Notes: generated by a model from the sequence alone, not told the origin. A stretch of 46,904 nucleotides of DNA, filler included, from Jimgerdemannia flammicorona (GCA_003990765.1; 2 parts of 2 records of this genome joined end to end with filler, not necessarily neighbours in it), one strand, 5' to 3'. Counted from the whole stretch's first letter, positions 1-17,686 are shown. Numbers and translations: made by a program.

Positions 1-5
1 TTTTT

Positions 6-390
6 TCAATAACTCAGTGTTTCACCATTCTGATACACGGCTTTGGGCGTCGGCCTCACGATCTCGATATGCCCATACTGCGCAGCTAATTGAAATGGCG
101 TGCTGTCCTGGGCCGTAGCTTCCGCCCTGAATTCGGTCACCAGCAACCTCACAACTTCAATGTGCCTATTATTCACAGCCAAGTGAAGCGGCGTCCTTCT
201 GCCTTTTTCCTGCGCCTTTATGTCTGCCTCGAACTCAGCTGTGAACAACCTCATGATCTCAATGTGCCCCTCAGCCACAAGTAACCTCACAGCCTTCACA
301 ACCCAGTGAAGCAGTGTCAATCCATCATTGTTCTTGGCCTTGATGTCCGCGCCACGAGCAACCTCATGACCATGTGTCCGTTCTTTGCTA
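6..390 (-). CDS. Ankyrin-repeat protein fragment, possibly frameshifted (pseudogene or 3' exon)
   Basis: The ORF at 6-320 carries ankyrin motifs (GHIEIMRLF..EFEADIKAQEKGRRTPLHLAVNNRHIEVVRLLV; TPFQLAAQYGHIEIV). Upstream, GADIKAKNNDGLTLLHW is in frame, but the preceding KNGHMVMRLLV is in another frame. No clear ATG. Confidence 0.7.
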
Positions 391-1236
391 ACCGAAACAC
401 TTAGAACTGTAAAAATCAGGTGGCTTAAATATCACGATTTATAAAAATCGGTTGAGCGTTTAGACATACCCCATTCTTGGTAATGTTTGGGTGTGTCCGT
501 TGGGATATGGTGTGTCTTCAGGTCCGCAGGGACACAGGCAAACAGACCCGATTTAGTATCTTGGCTAATTATAAGTGGTGGCACATGTGGGTAACTAGGT
601 ATTGGTAACTATGCTGTGCTAAGTGTTCACGTCATCTGGCTATACTATGTTGTTTGCTCGTCACAGTATATAAATATGCGTAGGTGACTTATTGCGTTCA
701 ATAAGGAAGTCGGTTTGGCGTCACAGTATATATATACATTAATGAAAACGAAGCGCGAAGGCTTAGAAGAGGACGACCTCGGTTGCCAGACTATCCTACG
801 TAATAGCGTGATTTCTATGTTCATTATGGCCGATATTTGGGGCCATCATTAGCGAGGAAATACATTGTCTCATGGAAACGAAGGTAGAAGATCGTACGAG
901 AAATAATGGCACGGTGGTAATGTGACCGCATCTAGCTATCAGCCTAGGCGGTATGCATTTTATTTTATTTTATATTTTTATTCTGGTGATGACCCACATC
1001 TGGCTATCAGCTTAGATGAAAAATATTGTTACTATTTATTTAATTGTGTATTTGCATCAGTTTAATCTCTCGGGAAACCTTAGCGGAGGCAAATATCTCA
1101 GAATTCAGGTTATAGCAAAAACGCAACTTTATCAAAGGCAATAACACTAAAAATATACAATTTGTTCCCTAGAATAATTTCGGATGATAATTTCGTTCAT
1201 ACATTGCCAAGCCATCTTTTCAGTCATTCAACTTTT

Positions 1237-1637
1237 CTAATTGGTCGCTCCTAAGTTCTTGGCCACCTCAGCAGTCCAGTCGTGGGCAACATCGCACGGG
1301 TCGCTGGATGTTTTATTGAGCTGGTGGCAGTAGACTTTGACTTGCTCTGTGGGTAGAATGCACAACAACCGGGAAGCAAATAATAATAATAAAAAAAGTC
1401 AGACCCAAAAACCAGAGTATTACATTAGACTGTCCATCCGTACTTACTGGTTCGCCAGTTCTCGCAAAGCTCAGTAGCCTTTCCTTTGGACACCTCTGTG
1501 CACTCTGGGCCAAATTTATTGCAGAAATCGGTTTGGGTTTCGCCGCTGGGGATCGTGTACGTCGAGCGGAGATCGCAGCCGTAGACAAGGGCAGTGAGGG
1601 AGAGCAGAGTAACGATTAAGAAGAGAGTCGGGCGCAT
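1237..1637 (-). CDS. Small secreted cysteine-rich protein, 99 aa, 2 exons (1637-1448, 1346-1237)
   Basis: Hydrophobic signal-peptide-like N-terminus MRPTLFLIVTLLSLTALVYG. GTAAGT donor at 1447 and CACAG acceptor at 1347. The spliced CDS is 300 nt, ends ...WRTKQVKVYCHQLNKTSSDPCDVAHDWTAEVAKNLGATN*, and has 6 Cys in the mature part. Confidence 0.8.
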
Positions 1638-3665
1638 GATGATATTTGGGTAGTTTTTTGAAAGAGAGAGTGGAATAAGATGGAGGGGATTTATATCAAT
1701 TTCGCTCCTGACACTAAATTATTCGTGACCTGTTTTAATGTGTCAAGTTCGTTTACGCGGGGAGCTCCGGAGCTCCCTAGATAGCTCTAAATTCTAAATT
1801 TAAACTTGACACCAAGTTTCCTGTCTAAAAATAGAGTGGTTCTATGTTTAGCTGAATACATCCAAATTGAAATAAGGTCAGACCTGCTATTTAATTTTTA
1901 TTGCTGTCCCTTGACATGGCGCAACAACTCTCTGACAAAGTGAGCTAGCACAGGGTAAACGTAATGCCTTGCGTGCCTTGCGGCGTTTATTTCTTATCCA
2001 TAATTAATTAGTATGCCAGTACCACGCACCATTATTGGCTGGCGTTGACTTTCACTTCGTAGACGTTGACCGTCATTCTCACGCCTACCCCATCACGAGC
2101 ACCGCGACCTGTCAACCCGGCCACACGACGTCATTTGGCAGCAAGCAGCATATTTGGTTCGTCGACAGCTATAGCGAACGGATTCTGAATATCGAAGGCA
2201 GCCAAGGACGCTGCGACAACCTACCTCGCGCTTCGGTACTACGGCGTGGAGGTGGTCATCTAACAGCACATCAAAGATAAGACGACTGAGTAGGCTCGCT
2301 TCAAGGTCATGAAAATCGCAGACACTAATATCTGACGCTGCATGAAAAGATTCCAAGTCGTCGTATGTTAACGATGTTCTCGTGTTCCATCTCGAATCCT
2401 TTATGGAATAAGGAAAGTTGTACAACCACATCAGCTAAATGAACGCGAAGGACACCGAAGCTCTCATCGATCACGTTCATGCACTCGTGTTGCATTGATC
2501 CTGATCTCGAAAGACTCACACGCGTGATCAAGAAACCCAGCCAAGTCCGCCGTGGCCCGGCTAATCGTCATCTGTCGCCCGAACTCATCTCAACGATGAA
2601 AACAAGGCCCCCATCCACCTACAAACGTAAACGTAAGACATCCGATGCCAATCATTCCTCCCCCGATCAAGTTCCATCGAAAGCCCCCACTGTGAGAAGG
2701 AATATGTGAATATGTGAATATGTGGTAGGTAATGATCGCAAGGTCACTATACATCAATATATGGAGATGGGAATGGGGATAGGGATACGGACTGCAGTGA
2801 TAATGTGAGCATCAATTCTCAACTGCAACGCTTACGTATATAACATCTCACATGTATAATCCATATTTATTATTTAAATGGCGAGGTGTCCGCATGCGAC
2901 GTTTCACTGTTGGCATTTGGCCGGCGGGCAATAGCATAACCACGCTCAGCATCTTGCGTTCATATTCTCTAACTTATGTTCCCTATATAGAACTTCGCTG
3001 TCCATAATAAATCGTATTCACATTCATTTTTTTTTTTTTTTTTTAATTTCTCAACCTCATTGATCCAATAAATATGCGTAATGATGATGATCTCACATGG
3101 CAAAGAATTACCTACATTATCGAATTTATATAACACCCGTAAGGTTCGAAACCCAGCCCACTTAGATTTCATGGACATGCTTGCATCTTGTATCGGTTGA
3201 TTGATAAACAACGGGCTTGTAATGGCCATCAATTATGCTTGAGCATTTAACTGTATCAGCACATCGCTAGAGATTTTAATGATGTCTTTATACTTATTGT
3301 GATTAGCTATCGGACCCCAAGGTGTATGTCATTAACTCAAAATGCTTGGTTCCCTGTTCGCAGTGCTCGTATTGTGATCGTAACCAACTAGCTAGACAAT
3401 GTGTCAAACATAAATAAATATGAAACAATATGATGCCACAATCGCACAGTCAGTTCGATCCCACGCGAAAGCTAAAACCCCATTTTCTACCTTCACAGCC
3501 TTACGATGAAACGCAGCTCCACCACTGCCACCACCACCCATGCTGTCGCAATAAATGCTCCTCGCGAAGAGCGCCTACCGGCAATGAACAGCACAATGAC
3601 CGCTTTCTGGAATCCAAGAGGGCAAGTAGCCCGTTAGAAACAACCTTCCTCCGGACTTGCGTTAG

Positions 3666-4450
3666 GTGCGGGTTGGAGTGCATCCATTGCACAGAACACT
3701 CGTGGGCGAAGGGTCGGAAGACCACGATACGGAACCGCCCGTGCTGACGAAGAGGAAAAGGTACGATATTGACCTGGTGTTGTATGGAGCCTGCGAAAGA
3801 TACAGAATAGCCAAATTTGTAACGTCAGGGACGGCGAGGCGAAACGGAATGGGTACGTCCCGCAACGAGTATAATCACATCTTTCTAGGCGAGACCGATT
3901 ATGAAAAGATGATGGATCGGAGGAGCGGCATACTGACAAGACGAGTGTCGGTGGCTTGGCGCATGATGAAACACTATTGTATGCCGGAGGGATGCGGAAG
4001 TCTGAGGCCGGCGCATATCCTCAGGAGCCGCCGTCTATTGATCTGACCATGCCAATTGTCGATAGCGAGGTCCGTCACCAGTATTTGTGTTCATGAAGGC
4101 GCCGAATCCGCATGACGCCGCTACATTTCTACACCAGCCACCCGCAAGTGAAGTCCACCGAGGTGACCTTGCGGTAAACCTCGCTTGCAAGTGGTTGGTT
4201 TGGAAGCGGTAACGTCATCGACGCCTTCGTGCCGACTTTGCGTTTTCCTGCTAGGTTGATGTTGAACGACATCGGACGAGAACGCAGCGGCGTCATCGAA
4301 GAAAGAAACCAGACCCGTGGTCGAGAATTCCAGCCGTCCGTGTCCTCATGAACAAAAATCTCAACGCAAAAAGGAAGGTTAGGTCTACGCTTGTTAACCG
4401 CTCTGATAGGGAGCCGGGCCCCGCCATATATTTCCGTGATGCTATAATAG
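3666..4450 (+). pseudogene. Possible decayed gene of unknown family
   Basis: GC-rich, CpG-retaining stretch with protein-like translation broken by stops and frameshifts (DIDLVLYGACERY..., DLTMPIVDSEVR..., GSGNVIDAFVPTLRFPA). No family recognised and strand uncertain. Confidence 0.2.
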
Positions 4451-4655
4451 TAAATCTGAAACACTATATATCACGAGTAATAATAGGAAGACAGCGCTAA
4501 GAAGTAGAGAGCATCGCAACTATTTTATAGTATATATTTGATTACCAACTCAGCAGATATCCTATTGTTATACTAGACACAAATCGTGGTAATTGTATTT
4601 GGATAATATATAATAAATTTTGCCATTAAAACAATTGTATATTTTGCTTAAATAG

Positions 4656-5085
4656 TGTGATGGTTGATCCAAATTAGGAACATGAATCAGGGGAATAGAC
4701 ATTTGATTGTGATACTTGAATCCAATTCCCAAATATAGTATAGCCTTATAAATAGCAGTCATATTTGCAAATGTAGAAAACTTTGACAAATGCTAAAGAT
4801 TCTGCAGATGCTGAAAAATGCAATACTTGTAAAAAGTAACTCATAACTCAGCCACCTTATAGCTAGCAAACTTGTATAAATATTCTCAGTATCTAGAGTA
4901 AATAAACCTCAGATCAAAATAGTTCAAAACAAAGAGAAAGCAAGAGAACTAGTAAGCCTGCAGACAGATACACTTTGAACTCACCCACTCCTGTATCCTG
5001 AGGACTCTGTAGAGTCAAAGAAGATTAAGTTTTCAAGATATAGAAATCCAACATACTTATATAGTTATGTATCTGCTATGTTATA
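4656..5085 (+). repeat. 5' LTR of the Gypsy element
   Basis: Aligns end to end with 11522-11956, differing mostly by transitions. Followed by a decayed PBS-like tagtgcccattgactagtgattc. Confidence 0.9.
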
Positions 5086-6161
5086 ACTTAGTGCCCATTG
5101 ACTAGTGATTCAAGACAAATCTCTCACTTTTAAGCTAAATAATGAATAACTGCTACCATCTGAACAACTATACAAATCAAACTAAGACATCTAGACAAGA
5201 TAGATATGAAATCACCAGTATTCTACAGATATACTTCAGATGAATCAATCATTACCTTTATTGATGATTTCGAGCAGTATGCTGCTGTAAGGACTCTGAC
5301 AGCAAGACAGCAAGTAGTCCTCATACCCTTCAGTCTCTGAGGACCAGTAAGAGTAGCATTCACAGCTACAATATATAGGAAATGATGATAATGCTATACT
5401 AGTATCACAGAAGGCCTGGCTCTGAACCATCTATTATATAGATGAGATCAAGCAAGCTCTGAAGGATCAGCTCAATATAATATATCAAGGAATGAGTGAG
5501 GATCTAAACATATTCTACACCAGAATTCAATATTAGATAATTTTTATAGATTATACTACTGCTATCTGAGATTAAGTAGCAGAAGCAACCTTCATAAAGA
5601 GAGTCCACTCAGAGATAACCCTGGCCATCTGCTCATCACCAGTAGTTCTGGATCTAGTACAAAAAGTCACCTATACCTAGCAATACTAGATAGCAGACAT
5701 TTATAAGATTATATAATGAAAAGAGTTACTGAAGTCAGAATCAAAGTATCCAAGGCAACTAGTATAATCACCACCATAGTGATCAATTGAAATATACCTC
5801 AGCCAAGAGCTACTGAGTAATAAAGAAACAGTGACCCCATGAAAGAGCTAGTCAAGAAGTTTGCTAAAATAACTACCTATCTGGGAGATATAATAAAAGA
5901 GATCAGAAGAAGAGACCATTGCCCAGTTCAGAAGTTTGCTGCTACTTCAGACAAGAAGAGAGATATTTACTATTCTTGTAAAGAAGAAGACCACTACTCA
6001 TATAAATATATGAGTGAGACTAAGTACAAAGCTCAGCCAAGCAATGCTACAAGGAACAAGGAATAGGTCAACACTATATCTTTAAAGAAATTGGAGAATC
6101 AGATGAAGAAGAATGAGAGGCCTACTCTGTATAGACTACTAAAAAAGATATCTCAAAGGAA

Positions 6162-6466
6162 GGAGGAGGCTTAGCTCCGAGGTCAGGCTGCTGAGGTGGC
6201 ATAGCCTTATGGAAGATACCTTGATGGGCTGGTGGCTTGGTTGGGGGTTGCAGGGGGGTCGAAGGTGTCGTTTGGTAGAGAAAATCTGTAGGCAGAGTAG
6301 AGAGAGAGTTGGAGTTGCGGGTGAGAAAGTGGTATTTGTTCGTGTAGATGGGAGGAGTGGTACCCCTATGGGGATCGAGTAGTGGGAGAGTATACTGTAA
6401 ACTTATTAATAGATGGATAATAAATGGCAGAGTCCAAGTGACTATAAAAAAAAAAAAAAAAAAAAA
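6162..6466 (+). mobile_element. 5'-truncated non-LTR (LINE) insertion inside the Gypsy gag-pol
   Basis: Poly(A) tail at 6446-6466. TSD GATATCTCAAAGGAA at 6147-6161 and 6467-6481. Its 3' end (AATAAATG..GAGTCcAaGTGACTATAn) resembles the end of the LINE at ~32560-32610. Confidence 0.88.
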
Positions 6467-9400
6467 GATATCTCAAAGGAACCCTACAAGAGACTGTCAG
6501 AGAGACCCAAGAAAAACCCAGTAGAGAAACAGATAGAGAGTACTATAGAAAGCCAAGCTAAAGAAATAGATCAAGATATAGAGTTGGAACAGACTGTCTA
6601 AGATATTATCTAAGAAACTACTCTAGCTAGCAAAGGAGAAAAAAAAAAAAAAACTATACAAAATTAAGACCTTTAAGTATAATATCTTCAAGGATCTCAG
6701 TCAATAAAAGGTCAATGTAACCTTTGGCCAGCTGGTAGAAATACCTATATTTAGATAACAAATGAGATATGGACTTACTGAGACAACTAAAGAACAAGAA
6801 TGGAAGATAACTGAGACCAATAATATTCAAGAAGACTTGGGAGAAGAAAGTAAAGATAATTACAAGACCTCTATCTATACAATCTGTCAAATTGAAGATA
6901 GAATCTTTGAAGTCATTATTGACACTAGAGCAGGAGAATGTCTCCTCAGTAAGAAAGCAGTAGACTGTCTAGGTTGGAAGGTTGAAGAAGTAACAAAATT
7001 GGTGTTCAATACAGTAGATGATAAGAGCCACATCTCTGGGAAAGATCTGAGATATTCCCATCAAGTTTAGAGGAACAACTATCTCAGTAGATGTGATTAT
7101 AACCAATACTACCAACTATGTTATCCTCATTAGCAATCAGTGGCTTCATAAAGCCAGAGCAATAATTGACCTCAATGTCCAGAAGATACAGATCATCTAC
7201 TGAGGTCAGAAGATGCAAATTCTCATCAATATCAATAAAAGAGTGCTGTCTTAGATAGAGAAAGAAGAAAGCAAGCAAGAAGAAGCCTACATAGTGACTA
7301 CTCAGAAAAAGAAGAAGAAAGTCAGATAGATCAGTAAAAAAGAATAGAGTAAAAGGATCATTAAAGGATATATACCACAAGGAGTCTACTCTTATGGAAT
7401 CAAGATATACTATATGAAACATATTGATGATTGCTACCAGTGTATCAGTGGAATTAAGAAAATCTACTATAAAAGAAAACAGAAGGCTCTCAAGAAACAG
7501 ACAAGGTAAGAAAAGGAGGAAGAAGATGATATCAAACCACTAGCTCTCCTAGAAGACAGTGATGATGAAGAAGAAATCAAGATCAAGATTTGAAAAATCT
7601 ACTCTGATGTAGTTTTACCAGAATATATATCAGAGAATATAGCTGGAATAAATATTACTACAGTAGAGAAAACTGTACTAGAGCCTCAGATAACCACCCT
7701 GCTCACAACTGGTCTAGAAATGACCATTCTAAAGAACCATATCAGGATCCTCAAAACAAGAAGCAGCTGGCCAAGAGTGAGATTACTATTGAAGGAGAAG
7801 TCATCAATTAAAACTATATTGGAGAAATACTACTCATTGCTAGAAACCACAATCCTATGATTCCATTTCCAATCAAAAAGAAGGACCAAATGATACAAAT
7901 ATTAATCTTCCCAGTTTTTTAGTCAAAGATCATAGAAGTCAGAAAGTTGGAGGAAACAGAAAGAGAAAGGAAAGAATTCAGATTTACTAAAAAAGGAGTA
8001 TTTGCCAGTATCAAGATTACTGAATTAGACTACAAGAAGGAGAAAATTATAAATAAGCATAGCTATATCATTGAAAATGAATTTTCACTCAAGAAGGAAC
8101 TCAAGAAGATACTTTATAAATTTGAGGATATTCTGGCTACAGACTTCAATAGTATCAAGGAAAAGACTCCATACTACTATTATGATATAGATATAGAAGA
8201 CACTGAACCAATCTACCAAAAAGCAAGGCCAATTCTACCAATCTATTGTAAATAGCTCAGAGAAGAAATCAAGCAGATAGAAGAAGCTAGTACCATCAAA
8301 GAAGCCAGCAACTCTTGGGCTTTATCAGTCATATTGGTCCTAAAAAAAGGAAGCAAATCAGCAGAATTTGTCTCAAGGCTCTGCACTGATTACAGAAAGC
8401 TCAACTTGGCTTAAAAGTAGGATCACTAACCACTGCCCCTCATCAGTAATATCCTTATAACTCTGGAAGATAAAGTACAGTATTACAGTATTTTAGATTT
8501 ATACTCAGAATTCTATCAGATTGACCTCACTGAAGTAGTGAGTGAAAAATCAGCCTTCATCACTCTAGATAGAACCTATGTCTATCTATAAATACTATTT
8601 GGAATATATAATATACCAGCAAGCTTTCAGTGAATGATGAATAAAATCTTCCACTATAATATAGAAAGATAGATAATGGTTTATGTGGATAATATTATTA
8701 TCTACAATAAAACAGCTGAAGAACATCTGCAGCACATCTAGTAGATGATGGAAAAACTAAAGAAGTATAGTCTATACATCAAGCCCAAGAAGTGCAAGTT
8801 TGCAGAGATTGAGATCTCATACCTTGGTCATATCATTAACTAAGATAGAACATATACAGACCCACTCAAGATTCAAGCAATAGTAGCATACTTAAGACCC
8901 ACCACTATCATAGAAGCCCAAGCCTTCATGAGACTTGTCTTATATTACTGCAGATTTATTAGAGGATTCTCCAATATTGCAGACCTAATTTATGAAAGAT
9001 ATCAAGTTTCAATGAACCAGTAAGCAACAAAAAGCATTCAATGAGCTCAAGATCAGACTGACTCAAGCATCCATCTTCAGAAGACCTGATTGGACCCAAG
9101 AATTCATCTTGGACAAATACAAATATATAAGGACTAGAAGCAGTTCTGGCTTAGAAGAAAGACAAAGTAGAGTATATCATTATATATCTAAGCTAAAGAA
9201 TCCAAGAAGCTGAAAAAGAGTATAAATTCTATAAGTTGGAATGTCTTATAGTTATCTGAGCTATAGAGAAGTTTCACTACTATCTTGCAGAGATATACTT
9301 CACTATTCAGACAGATCACTCAGCCCTTATCTGACTACTAACTACCGGACAACCTAAAGAAATCTATATCAGATAGATTATAAAGTTATAAGTCTATAAT

Positions 9401-10431
9401 ATAACCATCATGTACTATCCTGGAAGAACCAATGCTAATGTAGATACCCTTTTACAGATATTCTGAAGGACCCCTAATTAGTAAATAAACTATAGATAAG
9501 AAACTCTACTACAGAATTATCACCTATCTGAGACAGCAAAAGATACCCCAATATTTGGAAGAATAGATATAAATGATTATCAATAGAACATAGAAACAAT
9601 TTGAGACCAATAAAGAAACATTAAAGAAAGAAAAGCTACTAGTTATACTCAAATATAAGAAAAAGTAAGCAATAAAATCAGTACATGAACTCAGCTATCT
9701 AAGAGGAATAAATACATATAATAAAGCAAAAAGAACAATGTGGTGGCCAGGAATGGAGAAAGATATCAGACAATTTGTCAAGACCTGTAATAGATATCAG
9801 AAATAGAAGTAAGACCAACAAAATTAAGCCCCTAGATTAGCATACATAGAACCAGTATCCTTTTCACACATTGTAATAGATGTAATCAGCCCTTTACCCT
9901 TGACTTTAAATGGCAATTGATATATCATTGTCATCATAGACCTTTTCACAAAATGGATAGAGGCAAGACCCCTCAAAGAAGCTAATATATAGTTAATTAC
10001 TGATTTCTTTTACAAAGAAATTATCTGCAAATTCAAGACCCTAACACAAGTAATAACAGATAGAGGAATGAAATTTGTGAACCAGTTCTTTGAGGTTCTC
10101 TATAAGAAGTATAAGATCTAGTACATTCAGACTACAGCCTATCACCCTCAGGAAAATGGATAAGCAGAAAGGACTAATAAGACTCTCAAGAATGTCATTG
10201 CCAAGATCTGTAATAACTATGAAAACTGGGACCACTATCTGCCAAATAGTATTATCTGCTCTCTGAGATATCTAATTACAAAATACCCATTTTACCCCTT
10301 GGGAGATACTGTTTAGAGAAGAAAGTTCTCAAGGAATCTTATTATCCAATAGAGATACTATATGGAAATACATAGATACAGACTGCACCAAATCAGGAAG
10401 AAGGCTGAAGATTACATAACTAAGGTACAGG

Positions 10432-10791
10432 TAGTGCTCCCAAAACGAATATTCGAATCAATTCGAAATGGATATATATGGTATTTGAATCAAATTAATT
10501 TGAATCAAATTGATTTAATTCAGTAATTAGAACACAAATGTTTTCCTCAATAACTCCATGTGTTTTCATCCAATTTTGATGAAACTAGTGTCATTGGAAA
10601 GCTCTCTATAATGGCTTTCCAATGACATCAAGGTCACTGAAATCGGATAAAAACTCATGGAGTTATTGAGGAAAACGGTTGTGTCCTAATTTGGAAATCA
10701 AAACAATGTTCAAATCGAATCGAATCAATTCGATTTGAATACCATATATATCCACTTCGAATTGATTCGAATATTCGTTTTGGGAGCACTA
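10432..10791. mobile_element. Palindromic MITE, hAT-like (TAGTGCTCCC TIR, 8-bp TSD)
   Basis: TIR TAGTGCTCCCAAAACGAATATTCGAATCAATTCGAA with a matching reverse complement ending at 10791. TSD GGTACAGG/GGTACAGA. The interior is also an inverted repeat. Interrupts the integrase. Confidence 0.9.
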
Positions 10792-11052
10792 GGTACAGAT
10801 ACTATAATAGAATAATGTGGAAAAGGTTCACAAACCTCTAGAGATTATCAAGATAGGAGACAAAGTTCTGATATATCAAAATATAGTAGAAGCTTCATGG
10901 TCACAGGAGCTGGAGCCTAAGTGGGAAGGACCTTACCTTGTATAAGATATAAAAGAAACCACCTTTTGGCTATAAAAACCTTGAGGTATAATTATCCTCA
11001 CTACTACTCATCAAAACTAACTCAAGAAATATTATGACCAGCTAGCAAAGTA

Positions 11053-11484
11053 ATGCCATTACCCTCAAGATTACCAGTGCTGCCCAATGAGCAGTGGTGT
11101 TCTACTAAGCCACTAACTATAGAGGAATCCTTCAATAGTATCTAGAGTATAGTACTGATACACCTATTATAAATCTCACATTTCAGGATCTACTAGAACT
11201 GAACTGAGTTTCAGGAATACTTCAAGTTGAGACAGCTCCTAAACTCAAAGCCAGAAATGGAAAAAGAAGATTAGATCAGAGAATGTCAGCTCTCTTATAC
11301 TCAGATTACTATTGCCAAAAGAGTACATAAGTTATTTAAAGAAGATAAAACAGCTCTAACTCATTTCTGAAGAGTAGCTCCAGGAGACTTTGGATATATC
11401 AAAAGACAATATTAGGAGAACATAATGGCACAAATTATATAGTATAAAAAGATTCAATTAATTAAGGCTTGGAAGTTTGAATAG
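11053..11484 (+). pseudogene. Decayed accessory ORF between integrase and 3' LTR (unknown function)
   Basis: ATG at 11053; reads ...EFQEYFKLRQLL...IAKRVHKLFKEDKTALTHF*RVAPGDFG. Similar motifs occur in ORFs at 35631 and ~45400. Confidence 0.55.
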
Positions 11485-11521
11485 AATATTTTAGAGATAA
11501 ATCACCTATTCAGGAGGAAGT

Positions 11522-11956
11522 TGTGATAATTAATCTGAATTAGGAATATAAATCAGAGGAATAGATATTTGATTGTGGTATCCGAATCTGATTCTCAAAT
11601 ATAGTATAGTCTTATAAATAGTAGCTATATTTTGCAAACATAGAAAACTTTAGCAAATGCTAAAGATTTGGCAGATGCTGAAAAATACATCACTTGCAAA
11701 AAGTGACTCATAACTCAGCCACCTTATAGCTAGCAAACTTGTATATATAAATATCTCCAGTATTTAGAGTGAATAAACCTCAGATTGAAATAGTTCAAAG
11801 CAAAGAGAAAGTAAGAGAACTAGTAAGCCTGCAAGCAGATACACTTCAAACTCACCCACCCCTGCATCCTGAGGACTCTGCAGAGTCAAAGAAGATCAAA
11901 TTTTCAAGATACAGAAATCTGACATACTTATACAGTTATATATCTGCTAGATTACA
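11522..11956 (+). repeat. 3' LTR of the Gypsy element
   Basis: Direct repeat of 4656-5085. Preceded by CAGGAGGAAG; ends TTACA followed by the ATAG TSD. Confidence 0.9.
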
Positions 11957-12012
11957 ATAGTTATGCTGGAATTAGAGTGTAATTCAGACTTCACTGAACT
12001 ATTTTGAATGCA

Positions 12013-12330
12013 TTATACTGACAGATATTTAATGCAATAAATTAAGTATTGGTTTAAGTCACTCAACAGTTCTTGCAATTTACTTATAATGGGTTTCATT
12101 AGCTCAGAGTTATGACGCAGACGATAAGAGAAGCAATTGAATAAAAACGTGGTCTGTTTTATATATTGCACTCGAAGATCTTTCCAGCTGAGGAAGACTT
12201 TCCTTCCTCTTTGTTTCTTTGATACCCTTGAAGTCGGCCTCGTCCACGGCATATGCTTCTGGATGCGCCCGGAGAAAATTGAGCACGTCGACTTGCTTCC
12301 AGTTCTTGAATTCCTTTTTTTTTTTTTTAC
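12013..12330 (-). pseudogene. Frameshifted SAM-like (Crinkler-type N-terminal header) domain remnant
   Basis: EFKNWKQVDVLNFLRAHPEAYAVDEADFKGIKE, then in a shifted frame ...KVFLSWKDL...IISKLQELL. This resembles the W...DV..FL....D..I....G..FL.L pattern of SAM-like headers in Mucoromycota Crinkler-family proteins. Recognised from memory only. Confidence 0.4.
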
Positions 12331-12724
12331 AAAAATTTTCGGGAATAGAAAAGGCGCCGGGAGCCGGACAACAAGATACCTTCCCTTTCACCTACTTCCT
12401 TATGTCTTCTACGAAAAATATTACATAGTAGTGAGGAGGCCGTAATTGTAAAATTTCAAATAAATGCGGCAAAATCCGAGCAGAATTGACGTCGAAAACA
12501 AGATGTTTTTTTTATTTTATTTTTTTATTTGATGGACAGTCATTCTCTCTCGATATTGCAGTAGGTAAATGGTGCGGCAGTAGGAAAGCTACTACGGCAG
12601 ACATTTTAGTCAGATTCGTCGTCATGTGTTTACTTGTTTCCGTTGATATGTTTTGCATTCGGTAAACAAGCCGGGCAAGTCAGACAAATAGTAACGGCCT
12701 CAGCATATAATACAGATGTATTTA

Positions 12725-17307
<4,583 letters not shown>

Positions 17308-17686
17308 TAGCCAAGGACAATAGGAAAGGTGTCAAACGGCCAGCAGATTGTGACTTCGATAGAAACTGCGGCACAATCCGTTTTAGGCCACGTGTCGTAA
17401 TGTATTACCTGGTGAGGCAGTACTACACGCAATCGCGGATAATTTCAGTATGCCGTTACAACAAATATCCTATCGTGACACTTTTTCCAACATATTACAA
17501 CCGAGGACTGTATCAAAAATCAGTTCGAGCATTGATGTAACCATGCACGACGATAGTGCACAGTACTTATACATATATATATATATTATTATGTAAAACA
17601 TTTTATTTATTTTAAGATTATAATATAATTAGTTTAATTTATATTAATTAATATATTGCTAAATCTCTTTCATAACATATTTATTA

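Larger units (their letters stand above)
4656..11956 (+). mobile_element. Full-length degenerate Ty3/Gypsy LTR retrotransposon (gag-ZnK-PR-dUTPase-RT-RH-IN-extra ORF)
   Basis: LTRs at 4656-5085 and 11522-11956 (TGTGAT...TTACA), ATAG on both flanks (4-bp TSD), purine tract before the 3' LTR. Decayed motifs: knuckle YSCKEEDHYS, protease IIDTRAG, dUTPase (~7580-7990), RT RLCTDYRKLN and VYVDNIII, integrase IDLFTKWIEA and KWEGPY. Many stops. Confidence 0.92.

Noticed and set aside
2035..2709. Several overlapping 68-112 aa ORFs
   Set aside because: No recognisable motifs or consistent splice model.
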